From positions 1-56,554 of the IMG/VR virus record IMGVR_UViG_3300014201_000010: a DNA stretch of 56,554 nt. One strand, 5' to 3'. Shown in pieces: positions 30,210-40,865 of the stretch. The notes below the pieces were generated by a model. The model was given only the letters and a program-made list of their open reading frames with translations, was not told the DNA's origin and ran no database searches. This stretch comes from a virus (Duplodnaviria > Caudoviricetes). The translations under genes were made by a program, and so were the position numbers. Position 1 is the first letter of the stretch; each line of letters starts with the position of its first letter.

Positions 30210-30784
30210 TCATTATTTTCCTTATGTTTAGTATCAAATTCTTTATGTTTTTCCAACCATTCTAATGTTTCATCACTTAATGCGCCCATTTCTTTATAAA
30301 ATTGCATACATGTTAAAACTTCGCATGTCACTCTTATAAGTTTATCTAATTCTTTTTTATCTCTTTCTCTATCGTCACTATCATCATAATAACAAGGCAT
30401 ATTAATCTCCCTTATTTATGGATTCATACCGATAGCCCTATAGGCCGCATTTAGCTGTCTTTGTGAATCTTCTAAAGTCATTCTCATATATTCTTTTTCA
30501 TCTTTTATAAGACTGTTTATAATGGCTTCATATTGTTCTTTTTCTATGCATGTCAATATATTAAATTGAGTTGGACATTCTAATGATTTAAGATATCCAG
30601 CTGCATAGCATTCACCATGAACTCCTGCGAATGCTAACGTATTTGTTTTTATTGCATAAAGCCTATATTTAAAAATAAATTCATACGGAGACATTTTCCT
30701 TATTGTATCGGGAGATAATGAATCACGTATGTCTATGTTATCTTTGGGTTCTTTATGTAATTTTTTTTAAAATATTTAAGCATA

Positions 30785-31606
30785 TTATTCTCCCCACACA
30801 TCAATAACTTCGACTTTAGGATGTACTATATCTTGATAAGAATTAGTACAGTATATTTTCTCATAATGCTCAGCTACTATATCAACTCCCTTCGTAAATA
30901 AAGCATGAGCCACGAATAGATATCGTTTATTATTGGGATAATGTTCTTTAAGGTATTCAGCTATTTGTATGAATGTAGCACCGCCATCGCATAGATCATC
31001 GATTACTAATATATTTTGTTCATCATCTATTTTATGATGAGTCTCTTTTTGATGTTCTGATATTTGCAGAATTTTATTAAATTTAATACTATCAATGATA
31101 ATCTTATCGTTATCTCTCTTTTTTGAAAAGAACCCACTTGGATATCCATATCTATTACTATCTCCTCCTAATCTAATACATTTTAATTCTAAAAATTTAT
31201 TAAATGAAAAACCATCATACACATAAAACATATCTCCATATCTATGTTTTAGATAATCTTGATGAGGATAAAAAATGCGAATGCATGTATTATAAGATTT
31301 TAATATAGGAACGATAATATCTCTGAAGTAATTCGGCATTCCGATTTCAAAAGCTCTATCGGAACGCATTCCACAGAGATAGCAAAAACATATATCTGTA
31401 ATCAAGCAATCATTCTTATTCAGAGCTGTAACCAAACAACTTAACAATTCCAAATCAGAAAATGTTTTAATCCTGCATTTAATTTGATAAGTATATTTAG
31501 GATTGTAATGTGCCATATCTAACTTAATATTACGCTGTCCATCAGGATATTTAATTACAGCGCAATTAGTGATAGTTTCATCTTTCAATACGATAGTTTT
31601 TTCCAT
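30785..31606 (-). CDS. PRPP-synthetase-like protein (NARP1 Adps-like)
   Basis: YPDGQ, RSDRAF, VIDDLCDGGATF, LFVAHALFTKG, IYCTNS. Confidence 0.8.
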   Translation of the reverse strand: MEKTIVLKDETITNCAVIKYPDGQRNIKLDMAHYNPKYTYQIKCRIKTFSDLELLSCLVTALNKNDCLITDICFCYLCGMRSDRAFEIGMPNYFRDIIVPILKSYNTCIRIFYPHQDYLKHRYGDMFYVYDGFSFNKFLELKCIRLGGDSNRYGYPSGFFSKKRDNDKIIIDSIKFNKILQISEHQKETHHKIDDEQNILVIDDLCDGGATFIQIAEYLKEHYPNNKRYLFVAHALFTKGVDIVAEHYEKIYCTNSYQDIVHPKVEVIDVWGE

Positions 31607-31708
31607 TAGTCAATTTTCCCCATTTTTTTGAGAATCTTATAAGTGATATAACTTCCTACACCTGCACCTAAAAACAGGCAAAACAAAAAGAATTCAATTA
31701 TTAGCATG

Positions 31709-33289
31709 TTAAGTCTCAATAGAAGGTTTATATGATTTTTTATCCAATCCAAAAGTCCAAGCGACAGCTTCAGTAGTATTAGTCATATTTGGAGGCACAC
31801 GGAGAAAATATATTTTTGATGAATTATCAGGCTCAGGGGTTGAATTGATTACTTTTACAACAACAATTGGTTCATCATTAGCGAACTTTTTTTTATAGAG
31901 TTCACCAAATTTATCTTTATGAATCATAATAGCGCCAGAATTTTCTATATATTTGTCTAGCCCATATTTATCAATCATAACTCTTTTTATTTCTAAATTT
32001 TCTTCTTCTTCTATATTTTCAACAGTTATTTTTTCTGGTGCTTTGATTATCCATTCTGGAAGTCTAACTCCATGGATTGAGTAAATAGACCATCCATCTC
32101 GATAAGAAATAGCTGGACCATCTATATTATGCAATCTTCCTTCTTCATCACGACTGATTAAATTAGGCCTATCTGAAATAACCAACACATTTTCATGCCA
32201 CCATACCCAACCGCACGATTTAGCAAGGTCTTCTTCAATTTTGAATTTTTCTAAAGTAGAATCATCCCATCCTAAAATATCTCTTATGTAGCTTATATAT
32301 GAACACCATCCAGCCCAAAAACTTCCGCCTCTGTAATTATTAAATCCTTCTTGAGCTTTTTCTCTAACCTGGCTCTTCACCTGGTCCAGCACGTGGCCCT
32401 GCACCTGGCCAAGTACATGGTCAATCACCTGGCTAGCAACGTGGTCAGCCACCAGTCTTTCCACCTGGCTAGCCACGTTGCTAGCCACGTGGCTCTGCAC
32501 CTGGCCAACAACGTGGCTAGCAACGTGGTCAGCCACCAGTCTTTCCACTTGGCTAGCCACGTTGCTAGCCAGGTGGCTCTGCACCTGGCCAAGTACATGG
32601 CCAACAACGTGGCTAGCAACGTGGTCAGCCACGTTGCTAGCCACGTGGCTCTGCACCTGGCCAAGTACATGGCTCTTCACCAGGTGAAGAGCCACCTGGT
32701 CAGCCACCAGTCTTTCCACTTGGCTCTTCACGTGGCTCTTCACCTGGTCCAGCACGTGGCCCTGCACCTGGCCAAGTACATGGTCAATCACCTGGCTAGC
32801 AACGTGGTCAGCCACCAGTCTTTCCACGTTGCTCTTCACGTGGCTCTTCACCTGGTCCAGCACGTGGCTCTGCACCTGGCCAAGTACATGGCTCTTCACC
32901 TGGCCAAGTACATGGTCAATCACCTGGCCAAGTACATGGTCAATCACCCGTCTTTCCACTTGGCTAGCCACGTTGCTAGCCACGTGGCTCTGCACCTGGT
33001 TAGCCACCTGGCTCTTCATCTGAGTGATATTTTTTTTATCAAAAAATAATTGTTTTAACAGAAGTACTGCATAAGCCCCAGCAATTGTAGCAGCCAGAGG
33101 GCTGCCCACTCTTATTATAACTGCTGGTTTATTTAGATTGCATAATTCATAAGCTTTTAAAGCAGCTTGTGTTGCTTTTTCAAAATCTGCTTCTTCAGTA
33201 GATAAGCCTATATTTATCCAATTTTCTGCCCATTCTTTAAATTTTGATGCTTGCTCGGGCGTTATTTCTTTTATTTTAATCTGCGACAT
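31709..33289 (-). CDS. DUF6745-like protein with long V-x-x-(Q/H/N/L) tetrapeptide repeat
   Basis: GRLHNIDGPAISYRDGW..HGV C-terminal domain, YFLRVPP, AVAWTF; central repeat. Confidence 0.7.
   Translation of the reverse strand: MSQIKIKEITPEQASKFKEWAENWINIGLSTEEADFEKATQAALKAYELCNLNKPAVIIRVGSPLAATIAGAYAVLLLKQLFFDKKNITQMKSQVANQVQSHVASNVASQVERRVIDHVLGQVIDHVLGQVKSHVLGQVQSHVLDQVKSHVKSNVERLVADHVASQVIDHVLGQVQGHVLDQVKSHVKSQVERLVADQVALHLVKSHVLGQVQSHVASNVADHVASHVVGHVLGQVQSHLASNVASQVERLVADHVASHVVGQVQSHVASNVASQVERLVADHVASQVIDHVLGQVQGHVLDQVKSQVREKAQEGFNNYRGGSFWAGWCSYISYIRDILGWDDSTLEKFKIEEDLAKSCGWVWWHENVLVISDRPNLISRDEEGRLHNIDGPAISYRDGWSIYSIHGVRLPEWIIKAPEKITVENIEEEENLEIKRVMIDKYGLDKYIENSGAIMIHKDKFGELYKKKFANDEPIVVVKVINSTPEPDNSSKIYFLRVPPNMTNTTEAVAWTFGLDKKSYKPSIET
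32368..33020. repeat. Coding tandem array of ~12-bp GC-rich variant units
   Basis: Units such as CACCTGGCCAAG, CACGTGGCTCTG, CACGTTGCTAGC, CACCTGGTCCAG shuffled in higher-order blocks. Confidence 0.9.
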
Positions 33290-33581
33290 ATTTAATCCTT
33301 TCAGGAGTATAAAATCGTTGTCTAATTACTTCATAATTTCCTATTGGCAAATTAATAGTATCATGTTCTTCATGAACCAATTCAGTTGGCTTCGTTACAA
33401 TAAGATAAAATTTATTTGAAATTTTATCTCTGAATAGAAATGAATTTTTATGAATAGCATGTGCATGCCCAGTCGCTTCTCCATAAGCCAGTACTATTCT
33501 ATTATTATCTTCTTCTATTTTTTCCAGATCATCAGGAATTGAATCACATGGAACTACTAATACGTCGCCTTGTCTATACAT
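33276..33581 (-). CDS. Conserved phage His-motif protein, coupled to the DUF6745-like gene
   Basis: RQGDV, GEATGHAH, HEEH, YEVIRQR. Confidence 0.65.
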   Translation of the reverse strand: MYRQGDVLVVPCDSIPDDLEKIEEDNNRIVLAYGEATGHAHAIHKNSFLFRDKISNKFYLIVTKPTELVHEEHDTINLPIGNYEVIRQRFYTPERIKYVAD

Positions 33582-33616
33582 TTTATTGTCCTCCGTTAGT
33601 TAATATTGTAAAAAAT

Positions 33617-34204
33617 TCAATTATTAGCATTTCTGATCCTATAAATTATGTAAATGAACAGACCTAATACACCTAAAAACACAATCCATTTAAAAAGAGA
33701 ACCAAGTACGTACCATAAATTAGCATCCCCTTGTTGATCGTTATAGGATTGATTTTGATAGTAATTAGGATCTTGCTGAGATTGTTGTTGCATTGGCTGC
33801 TGAGTAGGCGGACTCGCTACAACAGTTGTATTGCTGCCATGATTCATGAGAGAAGATCCGATCATGCCGCCTAACATCCCAGAAAAAAATCCACTACTGG
33901 CGGCTCCTCCTCCATAATAACCACCAGAGCCATGATTGTGAATCACAGTCGTTCTATTAGAAGGATAATGATAATTATATGATCCAGACCTGTTATAAGA
34001 GGGCGTGTATGCTCTATAAGTCGACTGATGAGAACTTCTGTTCCCATATCCTATTCCAGAACTTGAACCAGAGCGTGAACTGCTAAATGAAGATAAGCTG
34101 TGTGAGCTAAAACTTCCTCCTCTACCGCCAGACGAAGAACCACCTTTACCAAAAAGAGAAACAGAAAAAACGCATATAATAATAAAAACAAGTATTTTTT
34201 TCAT
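33617..34204 (-). CDS. Gly/Ser-rich membrane protein
   Basis: Signal peptide, GGRGGSFSS tract, GFFSGMLGGMIG, C-terminal TM. Confidence 0.55.
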   Translation of the reverse strand: MKKILVFIIICVFSVSLFGKGGSSSGGRGGSFSSHSLSSFSSSRSGSSSGIGYGNRSSHQSTYRAYTPSYNRSGSYNYHYPSNRTTVIHNHGSGGYYGGGAASSGFFSGMLGGMIGSSLMNHGSNTTVVASPPTQQPMQQQSQQDPNYYQNQSYNDQQGDANLWYVLGSLFKWIVFLGVLGLFIYIIYRIRNANN

Positions 34205-34507
34205 ATTAACCCTCGTATATTTCTAAAACGTCTTTAGCCGCCTCTTCAATGTCAGTGGCATAAGAATATATATATTTATCACTAACTTTAGATGGATAAA
34301 GAAATACACATATAATTACATTTTTATCTATACATATTTTGGCAGTTTCGTTTGAAATTGTTCTATTACTTAATAATAGGTCTATGTACCTATAAATAGA
34401 CATTTCATTATCAAAATGAGGATTAACATGTATCCTCAATTCTAAATTACTGTCTGTTGCTAATTTAAATAATTTATATAAGTTTTCCATGGCTTTTCCT
34501 TGTAAAA

Positions 34508-34951
34508 TTAGAATGGGATATCATCATCAGCGAAAGGTTTTAATAGTTCTTTTTGGATTGTTTTAGATTCAGAGCCTTTTAAATAATCTACGATGGAATT
34601 TTTATCAGGATATTGTCCTTTTTTATCTTTAGATATACCTATTTTTAATTTACCTGATTTGCCCAAACAATCATTTGCATCAAATCCTCCTAAATTATAT
34701 TTTTCCATTAATCCAATACATTCACAGAAATGTCTTATTTTATATTCCATAAATTCAATATTTACTAAATAATCAAAAATTATTCCTTCTCTTCCGTTTT
34801 TATCCAATACTCTTAGTTTTAGTTTTATTTGATTATTCCCATTTTGAGATACTTCTTGAATTGCGTCTAATATTTCAAAAATTCCTTCTCCTGGCTCTAG
34901 TAAATTCATAGCGTTTAATTCTTCTTCAGTACGAGGCGTAAAAGTGAACAT
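34508..34951 (-). CDS. DUF669-like ssDNA-binding protein
   Basis: C-terminal DDDIPF acidic tip; follows AAA recombinase. Confidence 0.7.
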   Translation of the reverse strand: MFTFTPRTEEELNAMNLLEPGEGIFEILDAIQEVSQNGNNQIKLKLRVLDKNGREGIIFDYLVNIEFMEYKIRHFCECIGLMEKYNLGGFDANDCLGKSGKLKIGISKDKKGQYPDKNSIVDYLKGSESKTIQKELLKPFADDDIPF

Positions 34952-34974
34952 AGTAGTTTCCTTTTTGGTTAATA

Positions 34975-35628
34975 TTAATCATTAAAATATTCATTAATTT
35001 TATTTTTTACTAAAAATAAATCATTATCTATATATTTATCTTCGAACATTCCTAATGGGCTTTTTGCCATATAAGAGCCATCATTTTGAGTTAAAAATTT
35101 ATAATTATCTAATTGTATAAGAGAATGAAGAACAATAGTAAACATTCCTTCCAAGACAACGGTATTATCAATCATTTTACCAATAGTTTTTGGTTTAGAT
35201 TTTCCATCTTCAACTTTAGAATGAGACAAATAGAATACACTTAAATCTTCTCGTTGATTAGCGGTGTATTTCACAAGTCCCCAAACGTTTTTACCTATAC
35301 TTTCAAATTTATCATAACCTCTGGAATTAGTCGTCATATATTCATTGCACATCAAATACTGAAAATCATCGATAATTATATTTTTTATTTCTGGACGTTC
35401 TCTATTTATGCCATCTATAATGCGTATTATTTTTGAATAATCATCAGTGGCATAATAATTTCCTTTTGGATTTTCCTTAGAGAAGGGAATATATTTTTTC
35501 CTGAATCCTTTAAATGGTAAAGGTTTATCTAAAACATTTATAATGAATGTATCATTTGGGTTAAGATTTATAATACTAGTGCTTTTGCCTGTCCCAGATT
35601 CACCTATTACTAAAATATTGGTCGCCAT
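34975..35628 (-). CDS. AAA_24 / Sak4-like ATPase (recombination)
   Basis: Walker A GESGTGKST, IIIDDFQY, KTIGKMID, EGMFTIVL, AKSPLGMF. Confidence 0.8.
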   Translation of the reverse strand: MATNILVIGESGTGKSTSIINLNPNDTFIINVLDKPLPFKGFRKKYIPFSKENPKGNYYATDDYSKIIRIIDGINRERPEIKNIIIDDFQYLMCNEYMTTNSRGYDKFESIGKNVWGLVKYTANQREDLSVFYLSHSKVEDGKSKPKTIGKMIDNTVVLEGMFTIVLHSLIQLDNYKFLTQNDGSYMAKSPLGMFEDKYIDNDLFLVKNKINEYFND

Positions 35629-37399
35629 ATATTCTCCTTATTTAATTAAAAAAGTTTTAGTTTCTATTGGTTTAATATATTGTTCATATAAAATTATATA
35701 ATCTTTCTTAAAAGAATTAATATCGAATGAACTTCTGACATTTCTTGAATAATCATATAAAGTATATCTTCATATTCTTTTTCGATAAATTCAATTCTTT
35801 CTCTTAATTCTTTCAATTCATTAAGATATTCTTTTAATGGTTCATTGATCAATAATTCCATTGAATGTTTCCTCAATTGATGAATATTCCTGATTCTCTT
35901 CCAAATATCTTCTATTCTCTAATTCACATTGATAATGTTGATAGCCATTATCTTGCTGGTCATTATCCATTATTTTCTCCATTATAATTAATTATTAGTG
36001 TCCTGCACTTGTTTATCTTGCTCTTCTAATTGGAACTTTAATAAAGTTCTCATTTCGCCGTGATATTCTCCCATTTTAAAAATAGAACAACATAAGCTAA
36101 CAATAGCTATAACACACAACGCTCCTTGTAAAAATCCCATTTTAAAATCTCCGTTTAGTTAAAGGGTAGTTTCTTTTTTTTCTCCAATTTTAATTTCTAA
36201 TTTTGTATTATAATTTAATAGAAGTTCTTTAGTCCTGTCCGCTAATACATTCATGAAAGCAACCAATGATTGAGGGCCTGCGCAATTCGATAGGAACTCA
36301 GCAGACATGATAGACATCATGGTGATATATCCATCCATAAAGCAATTCGCGTTTTCTTCGCATTTTACATACTTCTTGAAAATATCATCGGATGAATTGG
36401 AGATCCTCTGATGCATTTTTACGATGGAATCTTTTATTTTTTCGTTATTAGTTGGCATTTTTTTCCTTAATGTACATTTATATTAATAGAAGTTTCTTTA
36501 GTAGAGTTTTCACCATTATCCTTAGATTCTCCAAATTTACATTCCATAAAATCTAAGAAGTCAGATGAGTCTATAGCATCTTTTTCTTTTAAACGTTCCG
36601 TAGTTTTAGAAAAAATTAAATCTAGTACTTTGTATAAATTTATAATTTTGTTTTCTCTTTTTGTTTTATATAAAAAACACGAAAAAATGGATACTAACAA
36701 TCTTACTCTCATCTTAATAATAATTCCGAATACTTCCTCTCCTATATTTTCAGGATTTATATCTGGGAAAAATTTATTTACCAGTTCAGTTTCTTTTTTA
36801 AGCAAGAAACTAATAATTTCTTCTAGGCTGTCATTATGATACTTGTCAATTGTTGAATATTCCATTTTTTATCCTCTTGATAGTACTTTTACATTTTTTT
36901 TAAGGCATCTCATTGCTTCTAATCTCATGGATTGTTTAGTGCAAAGAAACTTAAATTTAAAATAATAATTTGGGATCCGGCTTCTTTCTGCTATTGATAC
37001 ATAATCCTTGATTAATTTCATAAAAACCTCCTAGGTTAAATTTTAAAATGTTTCTGCTGATTCTTCCTCAAAAATATCGATATAGTTATCAAATACATAA
37101 GATATACTTTCTTTCAGATAAGATTTAAGTTTGAATATTATATCACTTCTGTAAGAAGAGTCATTTCTCAATAAGCACTTAATTTGTTCAGCCAGATCAA
37201 TTTCGTTTATTATCTCGCCGATATCATCACGTGGTAATAAATTTATGAATTCTACAATTAGCTTTTCTTTATCGATATTTGCAAGATCATCATATCTATT
37301 TAACTTTTTAATATTTTTAAAATTATACCAACTAATGACGTTGTAACAATAATATTTAAATTTAAGTCTATTTTCATGATTCATTATTTCGTACATAAA

Positions 37400-37597
37400 T
37401 TATCCTTTGTTCCCATTTTTAAATTTATCTATTTCCTCCATAGACATTCTGACTAAGAGTTCATCACGAATAATATTTATTCCTTTTGGAGCATTAATGC
37501 CCAGTTTGCATTCTCCTTTATAAATTTTTAATATTGAGACCTCTATATCCTTTCCTATCAAAATAGATTCTCCAGGCCTTCTCATCAAAATTAACAT
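37400..37597 (-). CDS. csrA: Carbon storage regulator CsrA/RsmA homologue
   Basis: MLILMRRPGESILIG.DIEVSIL......KLGINAPK.I.I.RDEL; AGGAGG RBS. Confidence 0.9.
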   Translation of the reverse strand: MLILMRRPGESILIGKDIEVSILKIYKGECKLGINAPKGINIIRDELLVRMSMEEIDKFKNGNKG

Positions 37598-37800
37598 ACT
37601 TCCTCCTTTTTGTTTTCTACAATGTCCCAATTACTTAGATACTCAACTGGATGCATTTTTATGGTATTTCCATCGGGCCCTACAAGGCAATCATTTTTTA
37701 ATTGAAGATATTTTCCTTCAGGATTCCACGAATGATGTTCATCGCATACAAATATTTTATGACCATAAAAAGTTTTCTTCACCGCTTCTAAAAATGTCAT
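37591..37800 (-). CDS. DUF2829/Tad2-like paralogue
   Basis: MTFLEAVK...G.KI...W, ends LSNWDIVE. Confidence 0.45.
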   Translation of the reverse strand: MTFLEAVKKTFYGHKIFVCDEHHSWNPEGKYLQLKNDCLVGPDGNTIKMHPVEYLSNWDIVENKKEEVC

Positions 37801-38788
37801 ATTTATATCCTTTTATGGTTTTCTTTTTAATTCGTTTACAGTCATTTCCATTACTGTTTTAAAAATGCTCATATATTTTCCTTTAAATTAGATTAGGTTC
37901 AAATTGCTCAATAGAGCCATTATACAATTCTTTGGTGGCGCATCCATTGCCGTCGGTTTCTTCAACTTTCAAATGCACAGGTCGGTTGAGCCCATCTGGA
38001 CGAAGAGTATAAATAAAATCCTCACCCACGTCTTGAGCATCAGGATGGTAAAGATAGATATCGCCATTGCCATTTTTAAGCTCTTTAATAAGAGTTGCGG
38101 CCAAGCAGTCAATGCCATTAGCTATTTTACGATAGGAAGATCTCATTCCATCTACGATAATGATGCCTTCAAGAATATTTTTAAGAGTTTGGCCATGACC
38201 CGTTGGATAGCCATCACGATGACGATAAATAGAACAAAAACGTTGTCCATCATTATCTAAAATTCGAGTTAAACTGCGTGTACCCATTTTTATCTCCTTA
38301 TCATTACTTGATCATTATTAATATATATATCAGTAATAGGCACATTTCTCCTACCTTTATCATTTAAATGATAAAGGTTTATCTAAAACATTTATAATGG
38401 AGGAAATATTTTTTAAATAAAAATTTTCTCTTATTTCCCATTCGTTTTTTTCTATTTTGTGCTGTTCAATTAGTTTATTTATTTCGGTCTTTTCTGGGCT
38501 TTCAATCGAATCATATCCCATTAGTGTTCCATAATTTTCAGCAGCTCCACTTATAGATTCGCTAATTTGATTTATTTGTTCTTCTGTTAGTAATCCAAAA
38601 GCACCTACTTCATCTAATGCTATTTCTATGGATTCTACCCAATATCTAATATTGGCATTATTAACCATTTTCCATTTCTCCATATTAGGTTACAATTAAA
38701 CAAATGCGGAAACTAGCTTGCTTCCAATCCCCGCATTTATTATTTCCCACCAACTGTTTAATCTTTCAATCAACCAGCTAGTGAAAGC

Positions 38789-38820
38789 ACTTTAGCAAAC
38801 TGATATAATTTTGTCAAGAA
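38789..38820 (-). promoter_or_regulatory. Sigma70 promoter for the leftward early operon
   Basis: TTGACA-17-TAAAGT inside shared motif TTCTTGACAAAATTATA. Confidence 0.65.
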
Positions 38821-38851
38821 ATATTTTAATTTTTTTTACAAGTAGGTTTAG

Positions 38852-39250
38852 ATGAGGAAAAAAGCAACAAAAGAACTCCCCAATTTCAAAGAGTTTTGTC
38901 AGCGCGCAAGAGGCCGATTAAATATGAATATAAAGCAATTTTCAGAGCTTATGGGGGTCTCTCGGCAAACAATCTATGCCTATGAGAGGGGTGACATTCA
39001 ATTCCCCCAGGCGCGTCCTTTAAAGCGGTTTAAAGAGATAATAGAGAATGAGAAGTTATATGCGCTTAAGAAGAGTAAAAGCGGAAATCATTACAAAAGA
39101 ATACGCCTTGAAAAGAATCTATCCGTAAAACAATTAGCAGATTTGTTTAATATGAAGCCCGTTACTATTTATAAATATGAAAACAATATGTACAAATTAA
39201 AACCAAAAGGAATGGTAGCTGAAAAATACGAACAGTTAAGAAAATCTTAA
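38852..39250 (+). CDS. Tandem XRE-family HTH regulator
   Basis: Two HTHs: FSELMGVSRQTIYAYERG and LADLFNMKPVTIYKYEN. Confidence 0.8.
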   Translation: MRKKATKELPNFKEFCQRARGRLNMNIKQFSELMGVSRQTIYAYERGDIQFPQARPLKRFKEIIENEKLYALKKSKSGNHYKRIRLEKNLSVKQLADLFNMKPVTIYKYENNMYKLKPKGMVAEKYEQLRKS

Positions 39251-39776
39251 TTGTTCAAAAAATAAATAGCAGTGTAGCGCTACACTAATAGTTTTATCAT
39301 ATTGCCAACGCCGGCAAAATGATTATTTTTTCCCCTAAAAATACCTTAAATTTGTCAAGAAATGTGTAAAGAAAATGCACAGAAACGATGTATTTTTTTT
39401 GAACTCACCTTTCGCGCGCGCGCGGAGTAAGGAGATCTATCTAACACCGATCTTTAAAGATCTATATGCTAACTCATAAATGAGAAGTTAAAGAAATGTA
39501 ACGTTATGATCGTAGGTTGTCAAGCATAATATTTAATCTTTGGGTACGATCTTTCCGATGAGAAGATAATGATAAAAAAGATCCCCACACATACAACCAC
39601 TGAAATGATGGTGTGGCATGAAATTTACTCATTAGCACGAAATGGGGTGGCACTAAGGTAGTAAGAACTCTGAGGAAATTCTTGTTTATAAACCTTTTTT
39701 TGGCACTTGTAAACCTTTTTTTTTAGTATAAAATGTCGGTGTATTTTGAGGGAATTGGAACGCCAGGAGGCGGACA

Positions 39777-40550
39777 ATGCAGGGTTGCGAGCAAGATTAT
39801 ATTCTTGAGTTATCTGAAATACCGAGAGAAGCGCCATTGAGGCCTTTCCCATTGGCGGCTGTTAAGCTGATTTTTTTAAGGTTACAGGGGAAGTATGGGT
39901 ATTTGTGGAAGAAGCTACATGATGATTGGGAAGTGGCCGAACGCTCTTGGCAAGATGAATTACACGGAGTTTCGCTCAATGCTGTGCGTTCTGCCATGCA
40001 GGGATTGCCGCCTATGCTTATCAATGCCATAGATTTTAGGGGACGCTGTGACCAGGCCATGGGCCTTTTAGGGATTGAAGATGCTTTTTCGGCCGCCTGT
40101 AAACAGAATTTTGATGATCCCCTTGTTAAACTGGCTTATGAAAAAGTGGGGAGTCGTAATTTTAAAACCCTTACGGAAGTTCAGCTTATCTCTAAATTTT
40201 CAAAAGCTTATACAGAAGTTGTCAGACTGCACAAATGTGAAAATATCGATTTAAACGCTATAGAAGAGATTAATCAGCCTAAACAGCCACTCCCCTATTG
40301 CCCACCTAATGAAGCCCTTCTAAAATCAAAGAATGACGCGTTAGCGGTGATTAACGAGACTAGTCACGAAAGGAATTGTCGCCTTTATGATGAGATAAGG
40401 TCAGATTACCAGCGGGAGATATTGAAATTGAGACAAGGGCCTAAGAAAACATGTGTAAGATTTGGATGTTATGAATTAGGTAATTTTTTGAACAATCAAG
40501 GACAATGGTATTGTGATAAGCATTCTTGGGTAAAGAAGGGAGCCGACTAA
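39777..40550 (+). CDS. Replication protein, lambda P / helicase-loader-like
   Basis: IFLRLQGKYGYLW...W...L...AM..LPP...DF...C pattern; position after regulator. Confidence 0.55.
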   Translation: MQGCEQDYILELSEIPREAPLRPFPLAAVKLIFLRLQGKYGYLWKKLHDDWEVAERSWQDELHGVSLNAVRSAMQGLPPMLINAIDFRGRCDQAMGLLGIEDAFSAACKQNFDDPLVKLAYEKVGSRNFKTLTEVQLISKFSKAYTEVVRLHKCENIDLNAIEEINQPKQPLPYCPPNEALLKSKNDALAVINETSHERNCRLYDEIRSDYQREILKLRQGPKKTCVRFGCYELGNFLNNQGQWYCDKHSWVKKGAD

Positions 40551-40643
40551 AGGGGTATGTAGGCTCCCCATTAATCCTTTACCAGTTAATAAAAGTTATC
40601 ATTAATTTTTACAAAAATGGGAAAGGATTAGATCAAAAGGATA

Positions 40644-40865
40644 TCAGCCTACTTGTTCCTTCACAACTTCCCACTGAAAGTTATTTACCTCTTCAAAGGA
40701 AAATTCTACAGAAGCGCTGCAAACATCCAATTCTTCATCTTTCCAGTAGAAATAAATATTTTTATCTTTTCCCAAAGATAAATAAGAATTGGCAGGATGA
40801 ACCCATTGTTTGCAAAAAACTTTTTTTCCCTGGGAAACCTTTTTCATTGCATCGATAAATTTCAT
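40644..40865 (-). CDS. DUF2829/Tad2-like paralogue
   Basis: MKFIDAMKK...GKKV...W, ends WEVV. Confidence 0.45.
   Translation of the reverse strand: MKFIDAMKKVSQGKKVFCKQWVHPANSYLSLGKDKNIYFYWKDEELDVCSASVEFSFEEVNNFQWEVVKEQVG

Noticed and set aside
30694-30783. Possible -1 frameshift (A AAA AAT) extending gene 30416-30694 by 30 codons
   Set aside because: Lies in an A8 homopolymer, so an indel error or mutation is equally likely; no stimulatory structure seen
32351-33049. 232-aa plus-strand ORF and other ORFs over the repeat; possible CRISPR array
   Set aside because: By-products of a stop-free 12-bp coding repeat; no constant repeat with unique spacers and no cas genes
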